Assembly: GCA_017616785.1 (NCBI GenBank)
Contig: JAFZXK010000006.1
Span: 3,184 to 67,183 of the forward strand
Length of the DNA stretch: 64,000 bases
Source: Alphaproteobacteria bacterium
GTDB lineage: Bacteria; Pseudomonadota; Alphaproteobacteria; Rs-D84
Direction of reading: 5' to 3'
The notes below the pieces were generated by a model. The model was given only the letters and a program-made list of their open reading frames with translations. It made no database searches and was not told the DNA's origin. This document shows, piece after piece, positions 8,004 through 15,895 of the stretch. Each line of letters starts with the position of its first letter. Within the stretch, counting starts at the first letter, position 1. The position numbers and the translations under genes were made by a program.

Positions 8004-8158
8004 AGGGCTATCATAAAATCTTTGACTTTATTTCAAACTTGCGCAATCATATGCGGGTCATATTCCCAAGGTGGTACTGTTGCCAAGAATGGGCGGTGCG
8101 GGGGTGTGACACCAATCTTGCCAATAATGGGGGTTGGTGGATAAACAATCCCACTCCG

Positions 8159-8210
8159 CTACTACGCCAAGGCTTCGTAGCGCAGGCGCCAGGGCTACGT
8201 GGGACAGGCG
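8159..8210. repeat. REP-like hairpin motif with a CGCCAAGGCT core followed by GGGACAGG
   Basis: CTACGCCAAGGCTTCGTAG...CTACGTGGGACAGGCG. Related copies lie at 35621-35652 and 57069-57100. Confidence 0.6.
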
Positions 8211-8227
8211 AAAGAAAGGAAAAACAA

Positions 8228-9238
8228 ATGAAAAAAATATTTGGTATTGCGGTCGCAACGGCGGCTATGGCAACTTCGGCGGTTGCGGCAAACATGGAAA
8301 ATCCATTGTTCTTGCCGGGGGGCGGGGATGTGTATTCAAAAACAACACTTGGAATTATGTATAAGATTACTGATTACACGGAAAATCAGGTTTTACGCGG
8401 ACATGGGGGCAGCACTGAATTTCCAATCTGGCGTCCGGCACAGGAATTTGGTGTCGGCATAACCGACCGTTGGGCGGCGCATGTGATTGCGGGCTATACA
8501 TACGACCCGGACATCAATCGCAAGGGTTTTCACCTTGGGCGTCTTGGGACGACATACCGCATATTTGGTAAAGAAACCAATTTCGTGTGGGATATGTACG
8601 GCGATTTCCACCTTGGCGGTGTTGAAAGAATGAAAGGGAAATTGGTTAAATCAGCAATCAGTACAACTGACCTTGCGAAAATGTTTGTATTTAATTATGA
8701 TAATTATTCAAACGGTCGTTGGGGCGCACATTTGGGAACAAAATTTGGTTACCGTTGGTCGAACCTTAGCGCAAGTGCATATGCCGAAGTTTTGCGGACA
8801 TGGGGAAATCATAACAATGAAATTGATGTTTCGGCTTTATCCAGCTTGGTGGCTGGATTACCACGGGAAATATCGGTTGACATTAAATCAACGTGGGAAG
8901 TCAACGCCGGTGCAAATGTGTTCTATCAAATGTCTGATAAACTTTCGGGTGGTATAGCATTCAATTATAAACACCATGCGACCAACGGATTAGAAGGCAT
9001 CCACACAGATTTGCTGCCCGATGTTCAGACAGCCGTTAATGGTCTATTAAAAAACTTTAAAGATATGCGTGACCGTTTTGATGAATATGCGCTTAGTTTT
9101 ACAATCGCGTATCAGTTCACACCTGGGACACAACTTGCGTGGTATATCGAAGATACATATGATACGGGGGCACGGTTATCTTCGAACACGACAAATGTTA
9201 AAATCGAAAGTGGTTTCAGATTTAACTTTATGTTCTAA
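8228..9238 (+). CDS. Outer-membrane beta-barrel protein (porin-like), hypothetical
   Basis: The start is taken at MKKIFGIAVATAAMATSAVAA, a signal peptide. It has alternating beta-strand-like composition and a C-terminal ...FRFNFMF with a terminal Phe typical of OMPs. Confidence 0.7.
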   Translation: MKKIFGIAVATAAMATSAVAANMENPLFLPGGGDVYSKTTLGIMYKITDYTENQVLRGHGGSTEFPIWRPAQEFGVGITDRWAAHVIAGYTYDPDINRKGFHLGRLGTTYRIFGKETNFVWDMYGDFHLGGVERMKGKLVKSAISTTDLAKMFVFNYDNYSNGRWGAHLGTKFGYRWSNLSASAYAEVLRTWGNHNNEIDVSALSSLVAGLPREISVDIKSTWEVNAGANVFYQMSDKLSGGIAFNYKHHATNGLEGIHTDLLPDVQTAVNGLLKNFKDMRDRFDEYALSFTIAYQFTPGTQLAWYIEDTYDTGARLSSNTTNVKIESGFRFNFMF

Positions 9239-9266
9239 AAAAGGGAAAAAATTAGTATCCATAAAA

Positions 9267-9290
9267 AACGGATCCGATTGGGTCCGTTTT
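9267..9290 (+). terminator. Rho-independent terminator
   Basis: An AACGGATCC/GGTCCGTT hairpin is followed by a T-run. Confidence 0.6.
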
Positions 9291-9358
9291 CATATTAAAA
9301 CGCTTTTTTTAATATCGATTTTGTGATATAATACCCCCAAGAGAGTAAAGAAGAAAGT

Positions 9359-10492
9359 ATGAGGAAGGTCGGGTTTTCTGCCACTTTTATGGGGATTTTG
9401 TTCGGTGCGTCACGCATTGCATGTGCGGCGTATCCCGCATACCCATCACAACAAGTTCCACTTTATCAGCAACAATATCAACAACAGATGCAGGCCCAAG
9501 CCGCATATCCGGCACAACCGGGAACGGTTCAATTACCAACGGCAAATGGCACGGTTTTGGTTGCAAATTCCGGTGTTGCGGTACCGGCAACACGTGTGAC
9601 GGGCGCATTGCCAAAGGTGGGTTCGGCGGCAACGGCGGCGGGTCGGAAATATTATTTGCCATCTGATTATGACCGTTTGGCGGACAGCGGTTTGTACGTC
9701 GGTTTCTCGGTTGCCTATGCCGCAAGTGTTATGGGGTCGATAAAGGCGGATTATATGGGTGAAAAAGATGCCTATGTCGTGCCGGGCGCATTTGCCGCGG
9801 CGGATTTTGAACATGATACGGTTATTCCATTGCAAGTTTCGGTTGGTTCGTCGCTAAACAATGATATACGCGTAGATTTTTCATACACGCGTTATTCGGG
9901 ACTAAGTTATCCAGACCATGTTTATACCGCGGAATACACCGGTGCGGCGACGGTTCAAACGGCGGTCGAAGGTGGTGCGATTACCGCAAATACGACAATG
10001 TTGAATATTTATTATAACCTTGATTCATACACCGGTTATTTGGCGGGCGGTTCATTGCGTCCATATATCGGTGCGGGTGTCGGGTTGTCGCTTAACACCA
10101 TTGCGGACTATGTCGTGTATGACGACACGTATTACACAATTGTCGAAGATTTGAATACCACGGTTGGCAAGGCCGGTGTACTTACCGGTGTGTCCGATAT
10201 ATACGCGTATCATAACGGTGGAACAAATGAACAATTGGCGTTTATGGTCGAAGGTGGTATAACAACGGACCTTGGCGGTGGAATAAAGTTTGACCTTTTT
10301 GCGCGGTATACAAACCTTGGGAATGTAAAGACATCGGGCAGTATTATTTTGTCGCAAATCGAATGGTTGTCGGACGGCCTTGGTAACGAGGTTCAGGCGG
10401 ATTACGACAGCGTGTTCCACTATACGAATTGGTATGAAAGCGGGCGTCTTAGTTTGATTGATGTTGGTATGCGCCTGCGGTTACAATTCTAG
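9359..10492 (+). CDS. Outer-membrane beta-barrel protein (OMP_b-brl / Omp25-RopB-like) with a Q/P/Y-rich N-terminal linker
   Basis: It has a signal peptide and the low-complexity stretch AYPAYPSQQVPLYQQQYQQQMQAQAAYPAQPG. Barrel-type strands include LYVGFSVAYA and RPYIGAGVGLSLN. The C-terminus is ...MRLRLQF. Confidence 0.7.
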   Translation: MRKVGFSATFMGILFGASRIACAAYPAYPSQQVPLYQQQYQQQMQAQAAYPAQPGTVQLPTANGTVLVANSGVAVPATRVTGALPKVGSAATAAGRKYYLPSDYDRLADSGLYVGFSVAYAASVMGSIKADYMGEKDAYVVPGAFAAADFEHDTVIPLQVSVGSSLNNDIRVDFSYTRYSGLSYPDHVYTAEYTGAATVQTAVEGGAITANTTMLNIYYNLDSYTGYLAGGSLRPYIGAGVGLSLNTIADYVVYDDTYYTIVEDLNTTVGKAGVLTGVSDIYAYHNGGTNEQLAFMVEGGITTDLGGGIKFDLFARYTNLGNVKTSGSIILSQIEWLSDGLGNEVQADYDSVFHYTNWYESGRLSLIDVGMRLRLQF

Positions 10493-10516
10493 TGATTTTT
10501 CATACTGGGGGAAAAG

Positions 10517-12181
10517 GTGAAGAAAAATAGTTATACGACACTTTTTTTGGTGGGAATTGCGGGAATATCCGCGGGTGCGGCGTTTGGCGGCATTCGTGTT
10601 GGAAACCTTTCGCGGAACTATGCGAATTCTTATAAAAATACCATGGCCCTGGAACAGCAATACTATGATTCAATCGCAAATGAACCGGACGCCGTGGTTG
10701 ATATTGATTTGCCGGTGCGCGTTGCGGATAAAACCATAGCGGACAAAATAAAAAGTGGCGACAAAGCCGCAGGCGCGGATTATAATACCCTGACCAATTG
10801 TGCAACTATTTTCCCCGACGGCGAATTTGTTTGGGACACGCCAACAATCGGGCAAAAGGCCGGCGGAAAACCGACCTGTGTCGCAGTTGTAGAAATGCGC
10901 GTAATTGGCGCGAACGGGGCACTTGAATACACAACCGTTGCGCGTGGTAAATTGGCCGCGGGTGATGCGATGAATTGTAATATTTCTGATTTTCCGTATT
11001 CATCATATTTGCCGGACGCGATGCGTGTAACATTCCCGGCGGATAATGCGCCGACGCACGAAGATGTTATTCGCGTTTTGAACGAAGAACAGAAAAACAA
11101 GGCCGGCCTAAAAATTGCGGCGGGCGCGGTGGCGGCGGGTGTTGCGGGAAATATGGTTGGAAAACAGGAACCGGGCAAAGATGGACTTTTTGGAACAAAT
11201 TCAGAAAAAATGAAAACTACGCTTGGTGGCGCGCTGATTGGTGCGGCACTGATGACGGCAAGCACGTATTCCGGCAAAGTCGTTGGCGACACTATTTTGC
11301 ATGCGGGCGTGAACGCGGCGGCGGGCGGAGTCGTTGGAAATATGATGGCAACCGGCGAAGCGGTCCTGCGCGTTCAGAAATGTAATGACGGTGGTGTTGA
11401 AACATCGTGTTTGTGGGGAAATATCGTCAAGACAACCAACGCCAGCATTGATGGCAAAGCGTATTATCATCCAAATGGTGATATCGTTGTGTGCGACAAT
11501 AATAATGAAAATTGTGTAGTGAATAATAGTTTGATTGTGAAATCTATCAAAGGTAAGAACGGCGATATCAAACCCGAAGAATTTGATAGACGTGATTCTG
11601 TTCAATACCTTGCCGACAAAACAGTTCAATACGGATATAAAAAAGATGAACATAAAATTGAACAGGATGTTTTCAATGATTCTGGCACTTTTTATGAGGT
11701 AAATGTTGGCAAACGCGCGGGCGCACCGATACCGGCGGTTATTGTTGGATTCACAGATAATTCGGCGTTTGGAACAAAAATTGGCGATTGGGCGCAATGG
11801 AAAAACACACATAAAAACGATTTCAAAATGTGTCAGCGCGACGGATACGGCAACCCAACGGGCGATTGCAAGTTAGTAGATACCGACAAACAACCATACA
11901 CAATCGACGACTTTAATCCGTTGACAATGGATGCGGACGATGGCGGTGTGGTTGATTTTTCGAACAAAGCACGCCTGGGGTCAACATTAAAGGGTGCGGG
12001 CGTTGGTGGCGCGCTTGGCGGATTTTCCGGTTACCAAGGCGCACAAAGCGATATCGAGGCACGTTTCGTAGAGGCCACACGCGAATATAATGATTCACTT
12101 GAAAAGATATACTGCGGCACCGGTAAAAAATGGTTGGGATACTATAACGATGCAGTAAGCATACCGGCGGCAAAAGAGTAG
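10517..12181 (+). CDS. Hypothetical secreted/membrane protein with two glycine-zipper-like segments (554 aa, GTG start)
   Basis: It has a signal-anchor-like N-terminus. Gly-zipper-like segments are KAGLKIAAGAVAAGVAGNMVGK and GSTLKGAGVGGALGGFSGYQG. Several Cys pairs are present. Confidence 0.6.
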   Translation: MKKNSYTTLFLVGIAGISAGAAFGGIRVGNLSRNYANSYKNTMALEQQYYDSIANEPDAVVDIDLPVRVADKTIADKIKSGDKAAGADYNTLTNCATIFPDGEFVWDTPTIGQKAGGKPTCVAVVEMRVIGANGALEYTTVARGKLAAGDAMNCNISDFPYSSYLPDAMRVTFPADNAPTHEDVIRVLNEEQKNKAGLKIAAGAVAAGVAGNMVGKQEPGKDGLFGTNSEKMKTTLGGALIGAALMTASTYSGKVVGDTILHAGVNAAAGGVVGNMMATGEAVLRVQKCNDGGVETSCLWGNIVKTTNASIDGKAYYHPNGDIVVCDNNNENCVVNNSLIVKSIKGKNGDIKPEEFDRRDSVQYLADKTVQYGYKKDEHKIEQDVFNDSGTFYEVNVGKRAGAPIPAVIVGFTDNSAFGTKIGDWAQWKNTHKNDFKMCQRDGYGNPTGDCKLVDTDKQPYTIDDFNPLTMDADDGGVVDFSNKARLGSTLKGAGVGGALGGFSGYQGAQSDIEARFVEATREYNDSLEKIYCGTGKKWLGYYNDAVSIPAAKE

Positions 12182-12405
12182 TTAGTGAGAAGTGTAAGTG
12201 TTAGTGGTTAGTGTTAGTGAAACGGGCGCAATAATGCGCCCGTTGTTGTTCCCCTTCTTTTCAAGAAGGGGTAGCGCCGAATGGCGCCGGGGTAGTTCTA
12301 CCCATACCCCCCAGCGGTTCCGCCAGCCCCCTTTCCATGGGAAAGGGAAATTAAAAAACGGCGCTGGGCGCCGTTTTCACTAACCACTAACACTTACACT
12401 TCCCA
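12182..12405. repeat. Composite palindromic intergenic module: TTAGTG-heptamer arms, terminator hairpins and a GC-rich hairpin mosaic
   Basis: A perfect 25-bp inverted repeat, GAAGTGTAAGTGTTAGTGGTTAGTG, lies at 12189-12213 and 12378-12402. Each arm is followed by a hairpin (ACGGGCGC/GCGCCCGT; AACGGCGC/GCGCCGTT). The central hairpins at 12251-12347 are homologous to 46329-46427. Confidence 0.85.
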
Positions 12406-13770
12406 TTAACCCTCTCTTACTATTTCCATTACACGGGCCGAGACATCCGCAATTGGGACACGAACCTGTTCCATTGTATCGCGATAGCGCATTGTTACCA
12501 TGTTGTCTTCCAATGTTTGGTGGTCAACGGTAATGCATACCGGCGTTCCGATTTCGTCATGCCGGCGATAGTTTTTACCAATATTTCCCGAATTTTCCAA
12601 TTCGATACGGCCGATGGCAAGTTTGCGCAAATCGTTTTCAATATTTTCAGCCAAGCCCACCAATTCCGGAACATTTCGCGCAAGTGGTATCACCGCCGCC
12701 TTGACCGGGGCAAGTGATGGTTTAAGTTTCAACACCGTCCGCGATTTGCCATCTGGCAAGGTTTCTTCGGTATATGCCTCTATCATCAACGCCATCATTG
12801 CGCGGTTCACACCCATCGCGGTTTCGATAACATACGGAATAAAACTTTCGCCCGTTTGCGGGTCGGAATAGCACAGTTTTATCGTGCTGTCTTTATTTTC
12901 CATAACATGCGCGGCGATTTTGAATTCACCCTGTGATTTAGTATGCGACCCCAGGTCAAAATCTTGGCGATTATGGACACCTTCGACCTCATCAAATCCG
13001 TCGGGAAACTCATATTCAATGTCGCCCGCATTCTTGGCATAGTGCGCCAATTTTTCATGTGGCGTAAAGCGCAATTTATTCGCCGGTATTCCAAGAACAT
13101 TCGTCCACCACGCGATACGCGTTTCGCGCCAAGCGTTAAAATACTTTTCATCTTCGCCCGGGCGGACAAAGTATTGCATTTCCGCCTGTTCAAATTCGCG
13201 CATACGAAAAACGAAACCACGTGGGGAAATTTCATTACGAAACGCCTTGCCAATTTGGGCAATTCCAAAGGGCAATTTATGCGGCGTGGAATCAAGCACG
13301 TTTTTGAAATTTATATATGTTGTTGTCGCCGTTTCCGGACGCAGGTACGCGTTCACTTCGCCGTCCGCAACCGCACCAATCGAAAGCCCCATCATTAATT
13401 GATATTCGCGCGGCGGCATTAAGTCGGCTGAACCGCAATTATCGCACTTTGTTTGGTCGCGCATTTTGTCTTGGCGCATACGGGCGCCACATTTTTTACA
13501 TTCAACCAACGGGTCGGAAAATCCGCCTTCGTGGCCGGAATATTTCCACATCAAACGATTGCCGATAAGTGATGCGTCCAAACCTTCGATATCATTGCGC
13601 GAATATATCATCGCGTTCCACCAGGCATTGCGTATATTCTTCATCAATTCGACGCCGTACGGACCGTAATCGTATGTTCCGCCAAGTCCGCCATAAATTT
13701 CAGACCCGGTAAATATAAATCCGCGACGTTTGCACAGTGCAACAATATCATTAACACTTTTTGCCGGCAT
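12406..13770 (-). CDS. glyQS: Glycine--tRNA ligase, single-chain (homodimeric GlyQS) type
   Basis: The ORF is 454 aa. The N-terminus RGFIFTGSEIYGGLGGTYDYGPYGVELMKNI and class II motifs are typical of dimeric GlyRS. Confidence 0.93.
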   Translation of the reverse strand: MPAKSVNDIVALCKRRGFIFTGSEIYGGLGGTYDYGPYGVELMKNIRNAWWNAMIYSRNDIEGLDASLIGNRLMWKYSGHEGGFSDPLVECKKCGARMRQDKMRDQTKCDNCGSADLMPPREYQLMMGLSIGAVADGEVNAYLRPETATTTYINFKNVLDSTPHKLPFGIAQIGKAFRNEISPRGFVFRMREFEQAEMQYFVRPGEDEKYFNAWRETRIAWWTNVLGIPANKLRFTPHEKLAHYAKNAGDIEYEFPDGFDEVEGVHNRQDFDLGSHTKSQGEFKIAAHVMENKDSTIKLCYSDPQTGESFIPYVIETAMGVNRAMMALMIEAYTEETLPDGKSRTVLKLKPSLAPVKAAVIPLARNVPELVGLAENIENDLRKLAIGRIELENSGNIGKNYRRHDEIGTPVCITVDHQTLEDNMVTMRYRDTMEQVRVPIADVSARVMEIVREG

Positions 13771-13848
13771 AATTCAAACCCCTTTGTTTTATTTTTGCTA
13801 AGTATGATATTTTATTTGCGCTTTTGCAACAGATTTTGGTATAAAAAT

Positions 13849-13866
13849 ATGGGGGCATGCCCCCAT
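13849..13866. terminator. Palindromic hairpin ATGGGGGCATGCCCCCAT downstream of the ferredoxin gene
   Basis: This is a perfect 18-bp palindrome with A/T-rich sequence on both sides. Confidence 0.5.
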
Positions 13867-13885
13867 AAGTAAAAGAAGCATCAAA

Positions 13886-14065
13886 CTATTGTGCGGGTTC
13901 GATTGCCGTCATTGGGCAAACCTGTGTGCATGCACCACAAGATACGCATATTTTCGGGTCGATGATACACTTGCCATCCGCGTCAACCCTAATAGCACCC
14001 ATTGGGCATGCGTTAATACAAGTTCCGCATCCAACACATTTACTTTTGTCGATTTTATAAGCCAT
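13886..14065 (-). CDS. 2x[4Fe-4S] ferredoxin (59 aa; below the ORF-track length cutoff)
   Basis: Manual translation gives MAYKIDKSKCVGCGTCINACPMGAIRVDADGKCIIDPKICVSCGACTQVCPMTAIEPAQ, with two CxxCxxCxxxCP clusters. Confidence 0.85.
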   Translation of the reverse strand: MAYKIDKSKCVGCGTCINACPMGAIRVDADGKCIIDPKICVSCGACTQVCPMTAIEPAQ

Positions 14066-14089
14066 TTTTTACTCCTATGCTTTTGTTTT

Positions 14090-14815
14090 TTAATTCCGGT
14101 TCAGCAATCCCAACACATATTGAAACATTGCGATAAACGATATATAAAGGTGCAACGCGCCAAGCACCGCAAGTTGGTCCTTTTGTGTATCATCGCCAAG
14201 GATATTGTACGCGTTTTTCAGATTCTGCATATCATATGCGGTAAAGAGTGCGAACACCAAAACACCGACCGCACAGATGATTGTTGAAAATGTCCCGCCC
14301 AGCGACCAAATCATCGACACTATGCCGACCAAGATTAAACCAATCATTCCCATCATTAGGAATATGCCAAGGAACGACAAATTCTTGGCGGTTTTGTATC
14401 CGAACATCGCCATACACGCGAACATTATCGCGGCGATTATAAACGCCCAAAGTATCGATACCGGGTTCACAGACAATCCGCCCCAAACAATCGGTGTTAT
14501 TGCGAAACCCATCATTACCGCATAGATAAACAGCAAAACCGCCGCAACCGGCGGCCGCATGGAAAACGCCCGCGCCTGGGCCCAGATGGACAGCGCAAGA
14601 CCACCGAATACCATGATATAGAAAAACGGTGTCATCCCGCCGGTGGACACCAACAACCGTATTCCGCCAAGGTAAATTGTAATGAAAGTTACAATTGCGG
14701 TCACGCCAACGGCACCAAACATTAGTGTGAAAATTTTCTTAAGATACATGTCGATTCCGCCGCTTTTTTCGGCAATTTGGGCATTTTTGCGAATTGGTGT
14801 TTTTTTTGTGGGCAT
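14090..14815 (-). CDS. Bax-inhibitor-1 / YccA-family membrane protein
   Basis: The ORF is 241 aa with seven hydrophobic segments. FTAYDMQNLK resembles the BI-1 family signature (taYDtQ.ik). Confidence 0.8.
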   Translation of the reverse strand: MPTKKTPIRKNAQIAEKSGGIDMYLKKIFTLMFGAVGVTAIVTFITIYLGGIRLLVSTGGMTPFFYIMVFGGLALSIWAQARAFSMRPPVAAVLLFIYAVMMGFAITPIVWGGLSVNPVSILWAFIIAAIMFACMAMFGYKTAKNLSFLGIFLMMGMIGLILVGIVSMIWSLGGTFSTIICAVGVLVFALFTAYDMQNLKNAYNILGDDTQKDQLAVLGALHLYISFIAMFQYVLGLLNRN

Positions 14816-14896
14816 AATTTTTCTCCTTGTTATTCAAAAAAAATATAATACAATAGTCAAAAAGTTTCAAGAACAAAAAAAACAAAAGGGTAAAGA

Positions 14897-15373
14897 ATGT
14901 ATAGAAGTCATAACAGAAAATACGACACAGATCACGATCCAATAAATAAAAAAGGTAAAGCAAAACAAGACTTGTCTAAGTCCCCGGGTCATGATGCCGG
15001 TGTCACCAAAATGAAGAGTGATTTTGACGCAGGAATCAAAAAATTAGAGCAATTAATGTTGGCCGACCAAGTGATACAGTGTCAGGAACAACTTGATTCC
15101 GCAGAAAGGGATGACGAAAAAGAAATATTACAAAACCTAATTAAAGATGCAAAACGTAAATTAAGTTCCGAAGGGCGAGGGTTTATCACAGAAGGCCAAA
15201 ATTCATTACAAAAACGGGTCGCTGCACTACGGGAAGACTTGGGTTCTAAGGCATGGAGTTTGAGATTTTATGACGAACCCGTTTCGGAAAAAACATTAGA
15301 AAAATTTGGGATTGTTCCGACAATGGGTAAAGTCATAGGCCGTGGACAAATGGGGAAAGATATGACACGGTAA
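14897..15373 (+). CDS. Hypothetical protein (158 aa, charged, coiled-coil-like)
   Basis: The ORF has an AAGGG RBS. I recognise no motif. Confidence 0.5.
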   Translation: MYRSHNRKYDTDHDPINKKGKAKQDLSKSPGHDAGVTKMKSDFDAGIKKLEQLMLADQVIQCQEQLDSAERDDEKEILQNLIKDAKRKLSSEGRGFITEGQNSLQKRVAALREDLGSKAWSLRFYDEPVSEKTLEKFGIVPTMGKVIGRGQMGKDMTR

Positions 15374-15397
15374 ATAAAAAACAAAAAGGATAAAAAA

Positions 15398-15895
15398 ATG
15401 ATGGGATCAATGAATCTTAAGGGAAAAGGCGCCAACGGTTATGAAGATTTAGGTAGTACTGTAAGAAATTCTCTGGGGCATCATGTGTCTGACAAATATA
15501 ATCCAAGGGTGCAAAAAGCTTGTGCGAATAACATTATCCTGGATAGAGTTCTGGAAAAGGTGACTCTTTTGGTAAATGGTGATGTTACCCGGGCTAAATT
15601 GGCGCAGGTCATTGTGATAGCCAGAGACAGAATGCACAATTATGAAAAAGAAGGCGGTAATATGAATAGGCCTGTCGCAATCAAAACCGACGCTGGTCGT
15701 GTACGCAGGGTTTATGCGACATACAAAGACAAAAACGGCCAAAAGCATAGAGTGCTGGTGAAAACTGTCGCAGATATGAAAATAAAAATTCAAAATTTCG
15801 TGGACGCTAACTCTGCGATTGTGGCTGCCTATGATGCTGGTGAAGCGGAACGTATGAGAAACTCTTACGAAGCCAAAAGATCAAAAAGACGCTAA
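15398..15895 (+). CDS. Hypothetical basic protein (165 aa)
   Basis: The ORF has an AAAGGA RBS. Its stop directly abuts the lgt start codon. I recognise no motif. Confidence 0.5.
   Translation: MMGSMNLKGKGANGYEDLGSTVRNSLGHHVSDKYNPRVQKACANNIILDRVLEKVTLLVNGDVTRAKLAQVIVIARDRMHNYEKEGGNMNRPVAIKTDAGRVRRVYATYKDKNGQKHRVLVKTVADMKIKIQNFVDANSAIVAAYDAGEAERMRNSYEAKRSKRR

Noticed and set aside
8039-8227. N-terminal extension of the OMP ORF (the track starts it at 8039)
   Set aside because: The extension is translated from REP-like repeat DNA and is W/R/C-rich. A canonical signal peptide (MKKIFGIAVATAAMA) begins at 8228, so the downstream start was preferred.
12198-12383. A 61-aa ORF in the convergent intergenic module
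   Set aside because: It is made entirely of palindromic repeat sequence with no RBS. It is an artefact of GC-rich hairpins.
12189-12402. TTAGTG arrays considered as a possible CRISPR or telomere-like repeat
   Set aside because: The units are 6-7 nt with no spacers and no cas genes. They are degenerate tandem heptamers arranged as inverted arms, not a CRISPR array.
13889-14287. A 132-aa plus-strand ORF
   Set aside because: It is antisense to the well-supported ferredoxin and BI-1 family genes and has Cys/His-rich shadow-ORF composition.
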